DNA of 64,000 nt. Origin: Callorhinchus milii (taxonomy: Eukaryota). The DNA lies in contig NW_024704743.1 of assembly GCF_018977255.1 (NCBI RefSeq), positions 34,970,001 through 35,034,000 on the forward strand, written 5' to 3'. Shown in pieces: positions 13,764-27,056 of the stretch (the stretch's first letter is position 1; every line of letters starts with the position of its first letter). The notes below the pieces were generated by a model. The model had not been told where the DNA came from. It saw nothing but the letters and a program-made list of their open reading frames with translations, and searched no databases. The position numbers were made by a program, and so were the translations under genes.

Positions 13764-14090
13764 CCGGTCTGCTCCACGTCCCCCGCCCTAACCGCCCTAC
13801 CATCGGTGGCCGGGCCTTCAGCCTCTCAGCCCCGAGGCTCTGGAACTCCATCCCCCAGTGCCTTCGCCGCCTCCTCCCTTTCCTCCTTCAAGACCGGTCT
13901 CAAGACTTTTCTCTTTGACCGTGCCTTCAGCTCCCCTCTCGACTCTCTACCCCCTCCTCGCTCCCTCCCTTCCCTCCCCTCACCCTGACCATTTCCCCCC
14001 CTGCTCGGGTCCTGAACCAACTGTACAGCGCCTTGGGACGTCCTCCCGACGTGAAAGGCGCTCTATAAATGGAATCTTGTTGTTGTTGTA
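13764..14090 (+). mobile_element. L2 3' end (lineage I), near-identical to the young copy at 22.4 kb
   Basis: [21 protein letters not shown]; tail hairpin 14027-14062; (ttg)n. Confidence 0.92.
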
Positions 14091-15064
14091 ATTTCTTCTC
14101 CATTAGAAGAGAACTGATGAGGGAAAGGGAAGCTTTGTTGCCGACATGATCTTAGAGACCAGAATTCCTAATATCTCACCCCTTTTGACATTACTCATGA
14201 TATTTGACCATTTTACAAAAGAACATTTTATTTAAAAATTGTGGAACATGAAATTATATTTTTGCATGCAGGTTTTTATATTCTTGTCAATGTTTAAATT
14301 TTTTTGCTGTAACCACACAAAATGCAAATTCTCTATTACTAACAAACAGTTGGTACAAACCTAACTAAAATAAAAGCATCTGATGGTCGTCAGTATTACA
14401 ACTTGACCTATTTTCTATGAATATCAATAAACGTGCTGTTGATGCGAATTTGTTTGTTCAATAGTAAATGTCTATTATGAAAGGTGTGCAGAAAAACTAG
14501 AAACTGCTCTTCTAAATTTTTTTAAGTGCTTTGAACATTATAATTTCACTAACATCAATTTTTAGTTTACATTTTCTTTCATTGTATATTTCTCCCACCA
14601 CACCAATTCAATAGAATTCTAGTTCAAATATTGAGTTAAGTTGCCCATATTCTACATTCTGAAGGATATCACAGCTGTGAAAGAAAGATTGACCATTTTT
14701 AGTATTCTTGTCAATTTTGAGCACAAAAAGGGTTTCACAATGGGTAGCTTCACAGGCGGTTCAGATGAAGAAGGCTCTACAACCCATTTGATCTCATCCT
14801 TTCAGAACATCCACCTTCTCGGTACATCAAAAAGTATTGTTCTGGGGTTACTTTCTCAATCAAATTGAAACTTTTATATATCTCTATAAGGTCCCCTGTT
14901 CAAGACTGAAGATCCTCAACTTGTCTAATAGTTGCTCATGGCTCATTTCTCTAACCCTGGGAATCATTCTTCTTTACTGCACTACCTCCATTCCTCATCC
15001 TCTCGGGCTGTCCCTCCTCAGCCCCTCTCATCCGATTGACGCTCCCTCCTGACCGGCCTTTGAA

Positions 15065-15332
15065 TGAGACCAAGGCCCCGCAGCCTGTTCAGGTGGACTT
15101 TAAAGATCCTCTCTTTGAAAAGAGAAAGCAGTTTCTCATTGTTGACTTAGCCAACAAAATATAACTGATCATTAATGTTATGGCTGTTTGTGGGAGTTGC
15201 TTTGCACAAATTGGCTACTGAGTTCACTGACAAAAATACTAAGTCACTCCACTTTATAGTAATCCTGTGAAGTGCTTTTGAGGTGGACTTCTGACATGAA
15301 AGGTGCTTATATCAAATGTCAGGATGATTATT
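15065..15332 (+). mobile_element. Family A Deu-type SINE, 5'-truncated
   Basis: gcctgttcaggtggactttaaagatcc...ggctgtttgtgggagttgc...tail. Confidence 0.75.
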
Positions 15333-16807
15333 ACCCTCACGCTCTTCCTCCCTCCTCCACCCTCCACCACCAAACACCATATTTTAACCGTGAAAACATC
15401 TACCATTGACTTACATCGCTTAGGGGATATTAATAATTAATGAGTAATTTAAAATAGTGATACTACAACAGATTACCTGGATCATATGCTGGGAGAAATG
15501 AGCAGGCCCATCTCAATTGTAGTATCCATTTTTAGATAAAAACACAACGTTTTTATGATCACCAATGTATTCCTCACATATGGAATGTATATTGATCCAA
15601 ACTGTTGACATGGCTACATATTCAGCTTATAGGTAATCTTCAATTGAACACTGTTTGGTAAATTTTGCAAGCATTCAAGGTGCCTTGCTCACCGTTTCAC
15701 TTAAGTATTATATGTTAGTCACTTTAGATGTATTCAGCAGGAATTTGATCCAGGCCATTAAATGGACTTCTCTATTTGACTCTCAGCCAAGATTATTGAA
15801 AATTTTAGAAACTGGGAAAAAAATAAACCAAGGGTATAAAAGTGACTCCAAGATAGCAAAGGAATGCTTAGTTCTTGCTTCTATTGTCTGCAATTCTGAG
15901 CATCCCTCCAGGTGTTTCCGAAAACTGGATATATTGTCTCATTTGCAGGTAGGATCATATAACTCAGTGAACAGTATGACTAATGTGTTTAGCTCTTGAA
16001 TGAGCATATTTATCAAAATGTGTGTTCCTCCTTCAGTGTGACAAAAGCACTTGGCACTGTGTGACTTTTCAGCTCCACCGGATCTCAAATTTTAACTGGA
16101 AGAGATTTATTTGTTAGAGTTGCATCCACAGCTATTATTCTTTGCAATCAACCTATCTCGGTTTCAGATGTTGCTTTAGCTGAAGCTTAGTAACTTTGTT
16201 CACTTGGAGTTCATTTGGCCAGCTATTCGTCGACAGACAATTTTGTTAGAGAGCATCTTTTAAGTTTTTGTGAAAGCTACTTGCAATAAACAATTCATTA
16301 TATATTGATAACCCTTCTCTGCATTTGAATCTTCTGCTCAACTTAATGCCAGTACCTGTTGTCTTGCATACTTATTTTTTCTAAAAAGTTTTGTGGTTGA
16401 TCCTGTGAAATGCTTTGATCCATGTGAAAGGTAGAACATCAAGCACAAGGATTGTTATTTTATTATCCATTTCGTTCCCTCCCTCTCCTCCTTCAAAACC
16501 CAACTAAAAACCCATCTCTTTGACCACATTTGCCACCCTTCTTCTCCATTTCCCCCCCCCACCTCGATATCTCCAATTCAATTTAGACTCACACTCCATC
16601 TTTGTAATGTGCGTTGACACAATCTCCTACATGAAAGTCTATATAAATGTAGTTTATTGTCTTGTATCTCTCAAATTCATTTGTTGAGGAAAAAGTATTG
16701 CTTTCTAGTCTTATGCAAGATTTTTGCTCTCAAGAACATTGTGTTCAACAATTCAGGTAATTCAACCTTTCCAATGGAAACCATAAACTAATAACAATCC
16801 TTCCATT

Positions 16808-18347
16808 TTTGCCCACTACTGGCTGACATCATCAACCAATCCCACTCCTCCGGATCAGTCCTTGCCTCCCTCAAAACTGCTGTCATCACCCCCCTCCTGA
16901 AAAAACCCTCCCTAGATCCCTCAAACCCCAGCCACTCCCATCCTATTTCTAACCTGCCCTTCCTCTCAAAAGTTCTAGAACACGTCATTGCCAACCAACT
17001 CCGTGCACACTTCTCCCATTCCCTCTTCGAACCCCTCCAGTCCAGTTTCCGCCCACAGTACAGAGACTGCGCTTGTGAAAGTCACAAACGACATCCTCTC
17101 TATCTGTGACCAGGGCTCCTCTGCTTCCTTGTCCTCCTGGACCTCTCCGCCACGTTCGACACAGTCGACCACGCCATCCTCCTCCACTGCCTTTTCTCTG
17201 TCATCCACCGCAGTGGGACCGCACTCGCCTGGTTCGAGTCCTACCTCACAAACCGTCAGCAGTACATCTGCACAAACGGCTTCTCCTCCCGCTCTCACCC
17301 GGTTACCTGCGGGGTACCCCAAGGATCCATCCTTGGCCCCCTTCTCTTTTTGATCTACATGCTCCCTCTTGGAGATGTCATCCGTAGACATGGGATGGGG
17401 TACATTTCCACATGTACACGGACGACACCCAACTCTATTTTTCCACCTCTCTTTGCAACCCAAGTCCCCTGATATTCGGTCAGCCTGCCTGTCAGATCTC
17501 AGGGGCTGGATGAGCGCAAACTTCCTTCAGCTGAACGTTGACAAGACGGAAGCCATACTCTTTGGCTCTCGTCAATGTCTAAAATCTTACGGCTCTCACC
17601 TCCTCCACCTACCCGACCTCCCCCTAAAACTCTCCGAACCCGTACGCAACCTAGGCGTCAGGTTCGACCCCCAATTATCCTTCCTCCCCCACAACCAGTC
17701 CCTCACCAGCACCGCCTTCTACCACCTCCGACGCATCGCCCGTCTCCACCAATACCTCTCCCCAAAAGCCGCTGGTCCATGCCTTTGTCACCTCTCGGCT
17801 GGACTGCTCCAACTTCCTCCTCGTCGGTCTCCCATCCACTACCATCCATAAAATCCAAATAATTCAAAACTGCCACCCGCATTCTCACCTGCAAAAAACT
17901 CCGCTCCCCGATTACCCCAGTCCTTGCCAGACTGCACTGGCTACCTATCCCAGAGAGATCGATTTCAAGATCCTCACCCTCGTATTCAAGTCTCTGCACT
18001 ACTATGCACCCCCCTACCTCTCTGAACTCTCTCCTCAAAACAGTACCCGTTACCTTCGTTCCTCCGGGTCTGACCTCCTCCTCGTCCCCGAGTCCTCCGC
18101 TCCACCCTCGGCGGCCGTGCCTTCAGCCACTATGCCCCGAGGCTCTGGAACTGCCTTCTTCACTCCCTTCGTCTCGCTCCCTCCCTTCCCATTTTCAGGT
18201 CTCTGCTGAAGACCTTTCTTTTTGACCGCGCCTTTGGTCACCTTCCTCCCCCTGTTCCTGGCTCGGTCCCGGGATCCGTTACTGTGAAGCGCTCTGAGAT
18301 GCCGTCCGGCGTGGAGGGCGCTATATAAATCCAAGTTGTTGTTGTTG
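16808..18347 (+). mobile_element. 5'-truncated L2 LINE (lineage II), RT region, frameshifted
   Basis: Closely resembles the reverse complement of 43740-45290; [26 protein letters not shown]; tail agcgctctgagatgccgtccggcgtggagggcgct + (ttg)n. Confidence 0.93.
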
Positions 18348-18964
18348 AGTTGTTGAGATGTCTGAAAGCACCTCACAATAATAGCCCTTCAGGGCTCTCG
18401 TGGACTTGGATTTGGCTGGCAGTTCCAGGAAAACAATATTGCAAACTAAATGGGTATCATGGATCCTTAACCAGTTAGATTTTCTGGTGACTGACTTGAG
18501 CATTTTACAGGAATCTTGCCCTCATCTTCTCGCCTCATTGACACCCTCTTGAACTCTTGGTATCATCTCTTTGGTTCCACCAGAAAATAGTTTCAAATGT
18601 GGTCCCTGCAGTCTTTCCCTTGTCTTGATATCTTTCCTCATTCAAGCATTTATGTGAATGTATATTGTAGCCCATTTATTAGATTTTTTTAATAAATAAC
18701 CACTTGTTTCATACCACTGGACTCAGAAATTAGCTTCCACTTATTTTTGGAGTGGTATTTTTATTACTTTGTATTTAGAAAATTAAAAATGAATGGTAAA
18801 GTCTTGGGACATTTTGTTGCCTCCAGTTGAAAAAATGATGCTGCTCCCAGCTTTAACTTGATTTGGGGAAAATAATCTGCGAGCATTTCACATTTCACTG
18901 ATAGGCTATCTGCAAAGTCAAACTCAACATTTTAAAAATCAAGGAATGTAAGTTCCCTCTAGAA

Positions 18965-19145
18965 TTTTCTCCTGGAAGTCCTACGACTTGTCCCTTCAAA
19001 GTCCGCCTTAAGACATTCCTTTTCGATCTCACTTTTGGACATCTTTCCTTCTTCCCTCCCCTCCTAGTTTGGGTGCAAACCTTAAACTGTCCAGCACCTT
19101 GGGACGTCCTCAGGTGTGAAAGGCACTATATAAATGTAATACTGT
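18965..19145 (+). mobile_element. L2 3' end fragment
   Basis: cagcaccttgggacgtcctcaggtgtgaaaggcactatataaatg. Confidence 0.75.
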
Positions 19146-19590
19146 ATTGAATTTAATTAGAAGTGATGAGACAAATATTTTCAAGTTTATTACCGCTAGT
19201 CAAAATAAGATGTTTTTAAGTTACCTTTTTTGGGGTTATAGGCATTCTTTATTTTAAGCATCAATCACATATTGTAAAGGCCAGTCAGAATTGTTGACTA
19301 TTAAAATTTGAGGATTTGGTTTCTCCAAATAACTTTAATACTAATGATATCCATGTGCTCTTCCATTTCCAATGCTGAACAAAGGCACGTTTGTCTGTTT
19401 AATATCAGTGTTTCCCCCTATTGCTGATAGTTGGAGACTTTCTCTGTTGTTTCTGTTCAGGAAAGATCACATTCTGTAAACGTATTTACTATTTTTATTG
19501 CTCGCTTGAGCACAAGTTCGCATCCTTCTGATCACTCTATTTATTGAAGATATTAATCTTGGGCCTCTAGCTTCAAACCTTGTACTAAAT

Positions 19591-19769
19591 CAGTGGTGGC
19601 CACCTTTTATGATTCACCAACAAAATACATTTATGCCATAAATCAATAAATGTACAATCAAGAAAAATCTGAAAACACATTACCAATCAAACGTGGACTT
19701 ATCTAGACTTGTGTGAATGTTCGGGTGGGGAGGGCTGCTTCTTGATAGCCCACAGGTTGGCCACCAATC
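19591..19769. mobile_element. hAT-type MITE (179 bp)
   Basis: Termini cagtggtggccacct / aggttggccaccaatc; 8-bp TSD-like flanks tactaaat (19583-19590) and ttctaaat (19770-19777). Confidence 0.6.
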
Positions 19770-20374
19770 TTCTAAATGCTCCCAACAACTGTTCTTCCAT
19801 GTTAACCATAGTAATTTATTTCTGTGTCTATGAAGCGCTCATAGCACAAGCACTTTTGATGTACTAAGGGAACAAACTTATCTTGAATAGTCATCTACTA
19901 ATTTTGCCATTCTGGATTGTTCCACTTCCCTAAAAAAGAAGTTTTTATTGCTAACCAGAATACTGGTTCATTGACCTTCAATGTGGGATCCAGGAACTTT
20001 TGGTCACCTTTTGCATTATTTGATCTGGGTGTTTGTCATATGCTGATTGGCACTGAAGACAAGATAAGGAGAAAGGGAACAAAGCATTATTATCTGGAAG
20101 TAGGGAATAAATAGCACACTTCTGGTTGTCTAGCTTTTAGCCAGGAAGGAAGGAAAGCGGTGAACAGGAAGACGGAGAAAAATAGATACCTTGGGAGATC
20201 AAGGACTTAGCCAGTTCAGTACAGAAAAGATTTGCATTATCCTGTCTTTATTGTTGTTGTTAACAGAAGTATGCAAAATAAGTTACCTATGTGAAACAAT
20301 TCAGTCAACCAATATTTTATCCTGATTAGAATACTAAATTGAATATATTATCATTCTATTGTCCTTATAATACA

Positions 20375-20575
20375 AATTTACATTTATATAGCGCCTTTCA
20401 TGTTGGGAGGATGTCACAAGCACCCAAGCTGGAAGTGGGGACCAACGGTGGGGGAGGAGGAAAGATGGCTGAAAGTGCAACCAAAGAAGATCGAGGTGGA
20501 AGGACTCTGGCATGGAGTCCCAGAGAATGGAGCCAGAGAGGCTGTAAACTCGACTGGGGCGGGGACGTGAAGCAT
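20375..20575 (-). mobile_element. L2 3' end fragment
   Basis: catttatatagcgcctttcatgttgggaggatgtc is the reverse-complement tail. Confidence 0.7.
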
Positions 20576-21271
20576 TTATGCAAATAATGGTGGATAAAAT
20601 GATACACCTGAATTTGTCTCATAAATTGGATGTAAAAGTAATTTTTTTTTACTAAAATTGTTCGGGATTGTTTCTTTTTTTCCCCTTCACAAACAAAGTG
20701 ATAGTTTAGAAGCATCAAGAAACTCCTTGATTTAGAAACTCAGAAGTAACACTTGCTATCGTACAAGATGCCGAAGGAACAACTTTCTATTTTGGACGAG
20801 GAGGTGAACCAACCTGTTGTCAGTTTCAGTTGGGTGTCATGGTGGTTTATAAAACTATTTTAAGATCATACCCTCTCCTATTTTGTTGCTATTTTGGCAA
20901 ATGGGATTTATGGAGCATACCATTCATTCAATGTACTATCTTGCTAATTGACTTTTGCACTCTTAAGTTTAAACTGAATAAAACCTAACCAGCATTGGTT
21001 TAAGTATGGGGTTTAAGATGTGCTAATCAAGTGAAGGATGTGTGTTGAGAAATGGAACATTATCTAATGTTATACCTATTCTGAACATCAATTATTTCTA
21101 TATCCATTTTCCCACCACAAATCCCTAATTTGTTTTGTTAAAATTATTTTGCTTTTTACAAAAACATCAGAATTCTCTTTTTTGGGCATTTATTGGCTTC
21201 CGAGATATGCGTGTCTAATGGTACTGACGATTGACGGGAAAGTATGTGTTTATATCTGAAATCTGCCAGGG

Positions 21272-21694
21272 TAATAATTATTATGTATAATGAGGTGCCT
21301 GCCTTTCACTTCTAGCGAAATCTCAAAGTGCTTCACATGATGCAACGTAAAGTGTAGCCACTGTACATTTTGTGGGTGAACGCGGCAGCCAAGTTGCACA
21401 CAATGTCCTACAAACAGCATGAAGTTAACACCCAGTTTCATTTGAGGGATTGTTGGACACCTGGAGAAATTCTCTTCTCTTTTCAAATAGTGCCATGAGA
21501 TGTTTAACATCCACCATAACAGACAGACACGACCTTAATTTAATATTTTATCCAAGGGACGACACCTCTAGCAATGCACACCCTCAGTAGTGTATTGGAG
21601 CATAGACTATACAAGTTCCACGTCCCAACATGGAGCTTGAACCTACAACCTTCTGATTCAGAGGTGAGAGTGCTATTAGCTGAACCAGGCTGAC
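21272..21694 (-). mobile_element. Family A Deu-type SINE, near full length
   Basis: Head ctgattcagaggtgagagtgcta...ctgaacc; core and tail present. Confidence 0.8.
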
Positions 21695-22019
21695 GCACAA
21701 CACACAGAAGAGCCGATTATATGTGCATAAACTGCTCCAGGATGCATTCTTGGCACCCAAATGTGTAACTTGGTGCCAAAATCACACATTTGTTGCTAGC
21801 AATCTGAGTAAAGGAGGAGGTTGGAGTTTTGCTGCACAAAATATTGTGATGTTCTCCCGAAAGCAACAGCAATTTTTTATTTATTTTCATTGAAATAATC
21901 AACATTTATTTTTGCATAAATTTTTTTTCTCAATTTTTCTTCCAATTGTTTGACATCACCCTTGCTCTTGTGTCTTTAACCCCCCACTTTTCCGCCTCTC
22001 TTAATCCCCTCTTTCTTGT

Positions 22020-22382
22020 TATTCTTGTAGCTCAGTGGTTAGAGCACTCACCTCGCAAGTGAGAGACCTGGGTTCTATTCCCGGCAAGGCGAAACGTTGG
22101 GCACGTTTCATGACTCCACGACGCTGCTTACCTAGCAGTAAGTAGGAACCTGCTTGTTAGTCAATTGGTGGATCACTTTTTTGGGGGTAATAATTCCTTC
22201 AAAAGATAAATAAATAATAAATTGGTCACTCAATCTTGACTGTTTGTGGGACACTGCTGTGCGCAATTGACTGCTACGTTTCATCCACAAAATATAGTCA
22301 AGTCACTTCACAGTATATTCTGTGAAGTGCTGCGAAGACGTGATAAGGGGCTATCTCAAATGCAAGGATTATCATTATTATT
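22020..22382 (+). mobile_element. Family B SINE, long subtype
   Basis: Same head plus a ~65-bp segment ttacctagcagtaagtaggaacctgc... Confidence 0.85.
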
Positions 22383-22442
22383 CATGACACCCAACATACG
22401 GCCCAACATTTATGCTGAAAATAGGTAATTTTTTATGCATTT

Positions 22443-24304
22443 AACAACAACAACAACAACAAGATTCCATTTATAGAGCGCCTTTCACGTCAGGAGGACG
22501 TCCCAAGGCGCTGCACAGTTGGGTCATGACCCGAGCAGGGGGGAAATGGTCAGGGTGAGGGGAGGGAAGGGAGGGAGAGAGGAGGGGGAAATGGTCAGGG
22601 TGAGGGGAGGGAAGGGAGGGAGCGAGGAGGAGGAAGAGAGTCGAGAGGGGAGCTGAAGGCACGGTCAAAGAGAAAGGTTTTGAGACCGGCCTTGAAGGAG
22701 GAAAGGGAGGAAGCAAGGCGAAGGCACTGGGGGATGGAGTTCCAGAGCCTCGGGGCTGAGAGGCTGAAGGCCCGACCACCGATAGTAGGGCGGTTGGGGC
22801 GGGGGACGTGGAGCAGACCGGAGCCAGAGGAACGGAGGGTACGGGCAGGTAGGTAGGGGGATAGTAGGTTGGAGAGGTAGGAGGGAGCAAGGCCGTGAAT
22901 GGCCTTGTAGGTGAGGATGAGGATCTTGAAATCAATCCTCTGGGGGATGGGGAGCCAGTGGAGGCGAGCGAGGGTGGGAGTGATGTGGTCCCGAAGCCTG
23001 GTGCGGGACAGTACACGAGCTGCAGAGTTCTGAATGACCTGCAGCTTGTGGAGGGAGGTGGCGGGAAGGCCGGCGAGGAGAGAGTTCCCATAGTCCAGCC
23101 TTGAGGTGACAAAGGCGTGAACCAGGGTTTCAGCAGCGTGAGGGGTGAGGTAGTGCCGTAGTCTGGCGATGTTCCGGAGGTGATGGAAGGCGGTGCCAGT
23201 TGTGGTGCGGATGTGAGGGAGAAAGGACAGCTCAGGGTCGAACAAAACGCCGAGGTTCCTGACTGGCTTTGAGAGGTGGAGAGTGCAGCCTTGGATGCTG
23301 ATGGTGTCAGCGCCTGAGGTGCGGAGGCGCTGACGTGAGCCAATCAGGAGGGCCTCGGTTTTTTGCACGTTGAGCTGAAGAAAGTTGTCTCTCGTCCAGG
23401 ACTCGATGTCGGACAGGCAGGCTGTCAGGACATCGGTGGTCGTGGAGTTGAGAGTAGAGGAGGAAAGGTAGAGTTGGGTGTCATCCGCATACATGTGGAA
23501 GTTAACCCCATGTTTGCGGATGATGTCACCAAGGGGGAGCATATAGAGGGTGAAGAGGAGGGGACCGAGGACAGAGCCCTGAGGGACACCACATGAGACA
23601 GTACGGGGGGTGGAGGAGAAGCCATTCGTTGAGACGAAGTGAAGACGGTGGGAAAGGTAAGAGCTAAACCATTCAAGGACAGTGCCTTGAAGGTTGAGGT
23701 GGGAGGACAAGCGGTGGAGTAGGATAGCGTGGTCGACCGTATCGAATGCTGCCGATAGGTCGAGGAGGACGAGGAGACAGAGGGAGCCCTGGTCACAGAT
23801 GGTCAGGATATCATTGGTGACCTTGACCAGGGCAGTTTCTGTGCTATGAGCAGCACGGAAACCTGACTGAAGGGGTTCAAAAAGAGAATGGGTGGAGAGG
23901 AAAGAGCGCAGTTGGGAGGCGACAACTCTTTCCAAGACCTTGGAGAGAAAGGGGAGGTTGGAGATGGGCCGGTAGCTTGATAGCTGCGACGCATCAAGGG
24001 AGGGTTTTTTCAGGGTGGGCGTGATGATGGCAGTTTTTAATGGAATGGGGACAGAGCCAGAGGAGAGGGACAGGTTTATGATGTCAGTGATGTGTGGGAC
24101 AAGAAAATGGAGCTGGGAGATAAGGAGTGGAGTGGGGATGGGGTCAAGGGAGCAGGTGGTTGGTTTTAGGGATAGGATGAGTTCAGTGACAGAGGGTGGG
24201 GAAACGGGTACGAAGGTGTGTAGGGGAGGATGGGTAGGAGTCGGAGTGTGGGAGGGAAGGGGTGGGTGGTGGGTGGAAGTTGGAGGGGAAGTGACCGCGG
24301 ACCG
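22443..24304 (-). mobile_element. Young 5'-truncated L2 LINE (lineage I) with intact RT reading frame
   Basis: ORF 23935-22595 has [22 protein letters not shown] and YADD. I read the frame open upstream to 24304 ([26 protein letters not shown]). 3' stem-loop and (TTG)n tail at 22443-22512. Confidence 0.95.
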
Positions 24305-26789
24305 CTACATACTTCATGTAGGATTTTACATGCTTTTAAAATCCATATTTGTCATTAACTAACCACTTTTTGACTTCCTATTTTTATATCCTGCATTTAA
24401 AACATTTGGTTGTGTTCTATAGCTCTCTATCTTTCTGAGTTCAAAACAAATTTTGCATGTTGATACATCAACACAAAAAACATGGATGAAAAATCACACA
24501 GCAATTTGGGCAAGAACTATTGGTGCACATCACTTAGCATCGTGCAAACTTTCTTATCCAGGATCATTCAATATTACTGTTTATAAGAGGCTGTTTAAAG
24601 TCTCTATATTGTGTTCATCCAAAATCTGAAAGGATGCGTGCCAATTATTGTGGAACTGTTGAATGTTTAGTGTTATGGACTCATTAGAACTCTGGGTGTA
24701 CATTCAAGTTTTACTGGAATAAGATGATGTTGCATAAATAATGAATGCCCAAGATATTTTATGGAAATAAAGATGAGTTGATGTAAAATGTATCAGGTGC
24801 AATAAAACCGCCAAATTTGCACAAGTCCTTAAGATGAAGAGGAAAGTAGCTGAGTATTGCTTTTTGGGTGAGCAGTAAATTATTTCAGGTATGCGTGATG
24901 ACATGCTGTATATCACAGTGCAGTTCAATTTCATTCAGTGATCTTTTAACACTATTGTTTGTTACACAGATACCACTGTAGATGGACTATAGGATGAGGA
25001 GAATTGGATTTGTTTCTTCATGCACAAATGTGAAAGTCTAACAAGAATTCTGTTTTGTAAGGAAATTGGAAAACTAAGCAGTTTCATGATTTATTTATTT
25101 TTGGAGGGGAGGAGGGGAAGAATATCTATTGTTCAAACAGCTGATTTGCCAGCATAATTTGTTGAAGGGACTGTTCATCTCTCTGTAATATTATTGAGAG
25201 ATAGTACCCACAGAATTTGGGCAGTGTAGGGCTATAAATACCTGCCACTGCTGGTTTACTTGGGAGTGTCTGAGAGCATATACCACAGCAAGAGCTAAAC
25301 GCAGTGTCATGCTTACTCTCCATAAAGTTTGTTAAAAGTTTGTTGAAATTGCAGAATCCCTACGTGGTATTTAATAACTTACAGTAAAGGGTCATTACCT
25401 CAAGAGCCCAAATGTTGTATCAAGTTTGGTTTTCATGGTAAGGTTAGTATTAAAGTGGTTCTTTTGAAGCAATACCATACAATACGAGCTAACACAAAAT
25501 TACAGATAGATGACATTATTCTAAATCCGCAAAATCAGCAAATAAATGCTTGTTTAAAAAAAGTATAAGGCATGTGAAAAAAACTAATGACACATGATGG
25601 AACAAATAACTAAACCATTTCTTCGAAATTAAAACGATTCAGTTGTTAGATTATGAAACAGAAAAATAAATCTACAGCCAGAGGATGCCACCGAGTGCAC
25701 TGACCACAGAACTAGGTCAATTCAGTCCCACCGCCCAGCCTTATCCTTTCCCTTACCCTTCAAGCTCTCTTTTTTATATAACTGTCTTCTTCCCTTTTTA
25801 AATCTACTATGGACCCCACCTTCATCACTCTCCTCAGAAGGGCATTCCACATCCCAACAACTGCGGAATAGATGAGTTAAAGGAATCTTTTTGGGAGTTG
25901 AGTAGGTGGGCTGGTAGATGGATCAATGGTCTATTTCTGCCTGAAATGTGGATATGTTAAAGTTTCATTTCTTTTGAGAATTGAGTTCCTTTCCCAATGA
26001 TATTAAAGCTTCAACTGGAGCAAAGGAAAACATATGAAGAGGATATTGACTCTACAGATTGGAGGGATAATGATTTCTGACATGGAATATTCTGAACATA
26101 TGCTCATACACTATGCTAAATGGTAACAAACTTAATCTTTTCATTCATAATCCAATAGTTGGTGCATAGTCTAGTCATGTGTGAGTTGAACTGTTTGGAT
26201 TTTGTAGAAATATGAAACTGAAAAGACTTGCTTGGGAGAGTTCTATGTTCATCTTTGCTGAAGTCAACTGTTATGTTATTTTACCCCAGTATGTCAAACA
26301 ATAAAAGGTATGATGGAACTGGAACTGCAGCATAAACATGAGGAAATGTAGAATCCAGGCTTTCTCCTGACTGAAATCTTCTATTTTTGCAAAAAAAAGA
26401 TTTTGAATTGTCACCTATTAGTTATTACTGTTTGTCAATACAGGTTAATACTATTGTATATGTCTTATTGCTGAATGCTCCATATCATTGGAAACAGGAT
26501 TATAGATATATTGTGGAGTTTTTTTTAAAAAAGACACAGGACATTTTTCAGTTGTGAACTCTTAGCTTTCCAATCTTAATGGCTGAACTTTGCTGATGGG
26601 AGCACTTATGGTTTCCATCTTGGACTTTTTTTTGACAATGCATTGTTCGAGCAATCTATGTGAAACCGCCAGTAATAATCGTGGTGTGAGAAAGGCGATA
26701 GTTTAAACATAAAAATGTTTTATTACTCTTTAACTAATCTGTGTGAATTCTGTGTTGCATTTATTTAAATGCCCTGGGAGAGAGGGTTA

Positions 26790-27056
26790 AATCTGCCCAT
26801 TCAGGTGGATGTTAAAGATCCCATAACACTATTCAAAAAAAGGGAGTTTCTCCCAGTGTCCCGGACAATAACCTCCCAAATAAAATTGGTTATTCACTTC
26901 ATGGCTGTTTGTAGGACATTGCTGTCTGCAAAACTGGCTGCCCCGTTTCATGCACAAATACAGTGAATCCACTAAAAAGTATATCCTATAAAGTGGTTTG
27001 AGACATCTCAACAACATGATAAGATGCTATATCAAATGTAAGGATTGTTATTATTA
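26790..27056 (+). mobile_element. Family A Deu-type SINE, 5'-truncated
   Basis: tcaggtggatgttaaagatcccat...tail aggattgttattatt. Confidence 0.8.

Noticed and set aside
21195..21215. tggcttccgag resembling CDYL first exon (ATGGCTTCCGAGG)
   Set aside because: No ATG, no ELYE codons, no donor site, no CpG island
22471..23343. 290-aa Pro/Ser-rich ORF and similar ORFs (46336-47094, 43882-44319, 16975-17463)
   Set aside because: Alternative-frame or antisense shadows of C-rich L2 sequence
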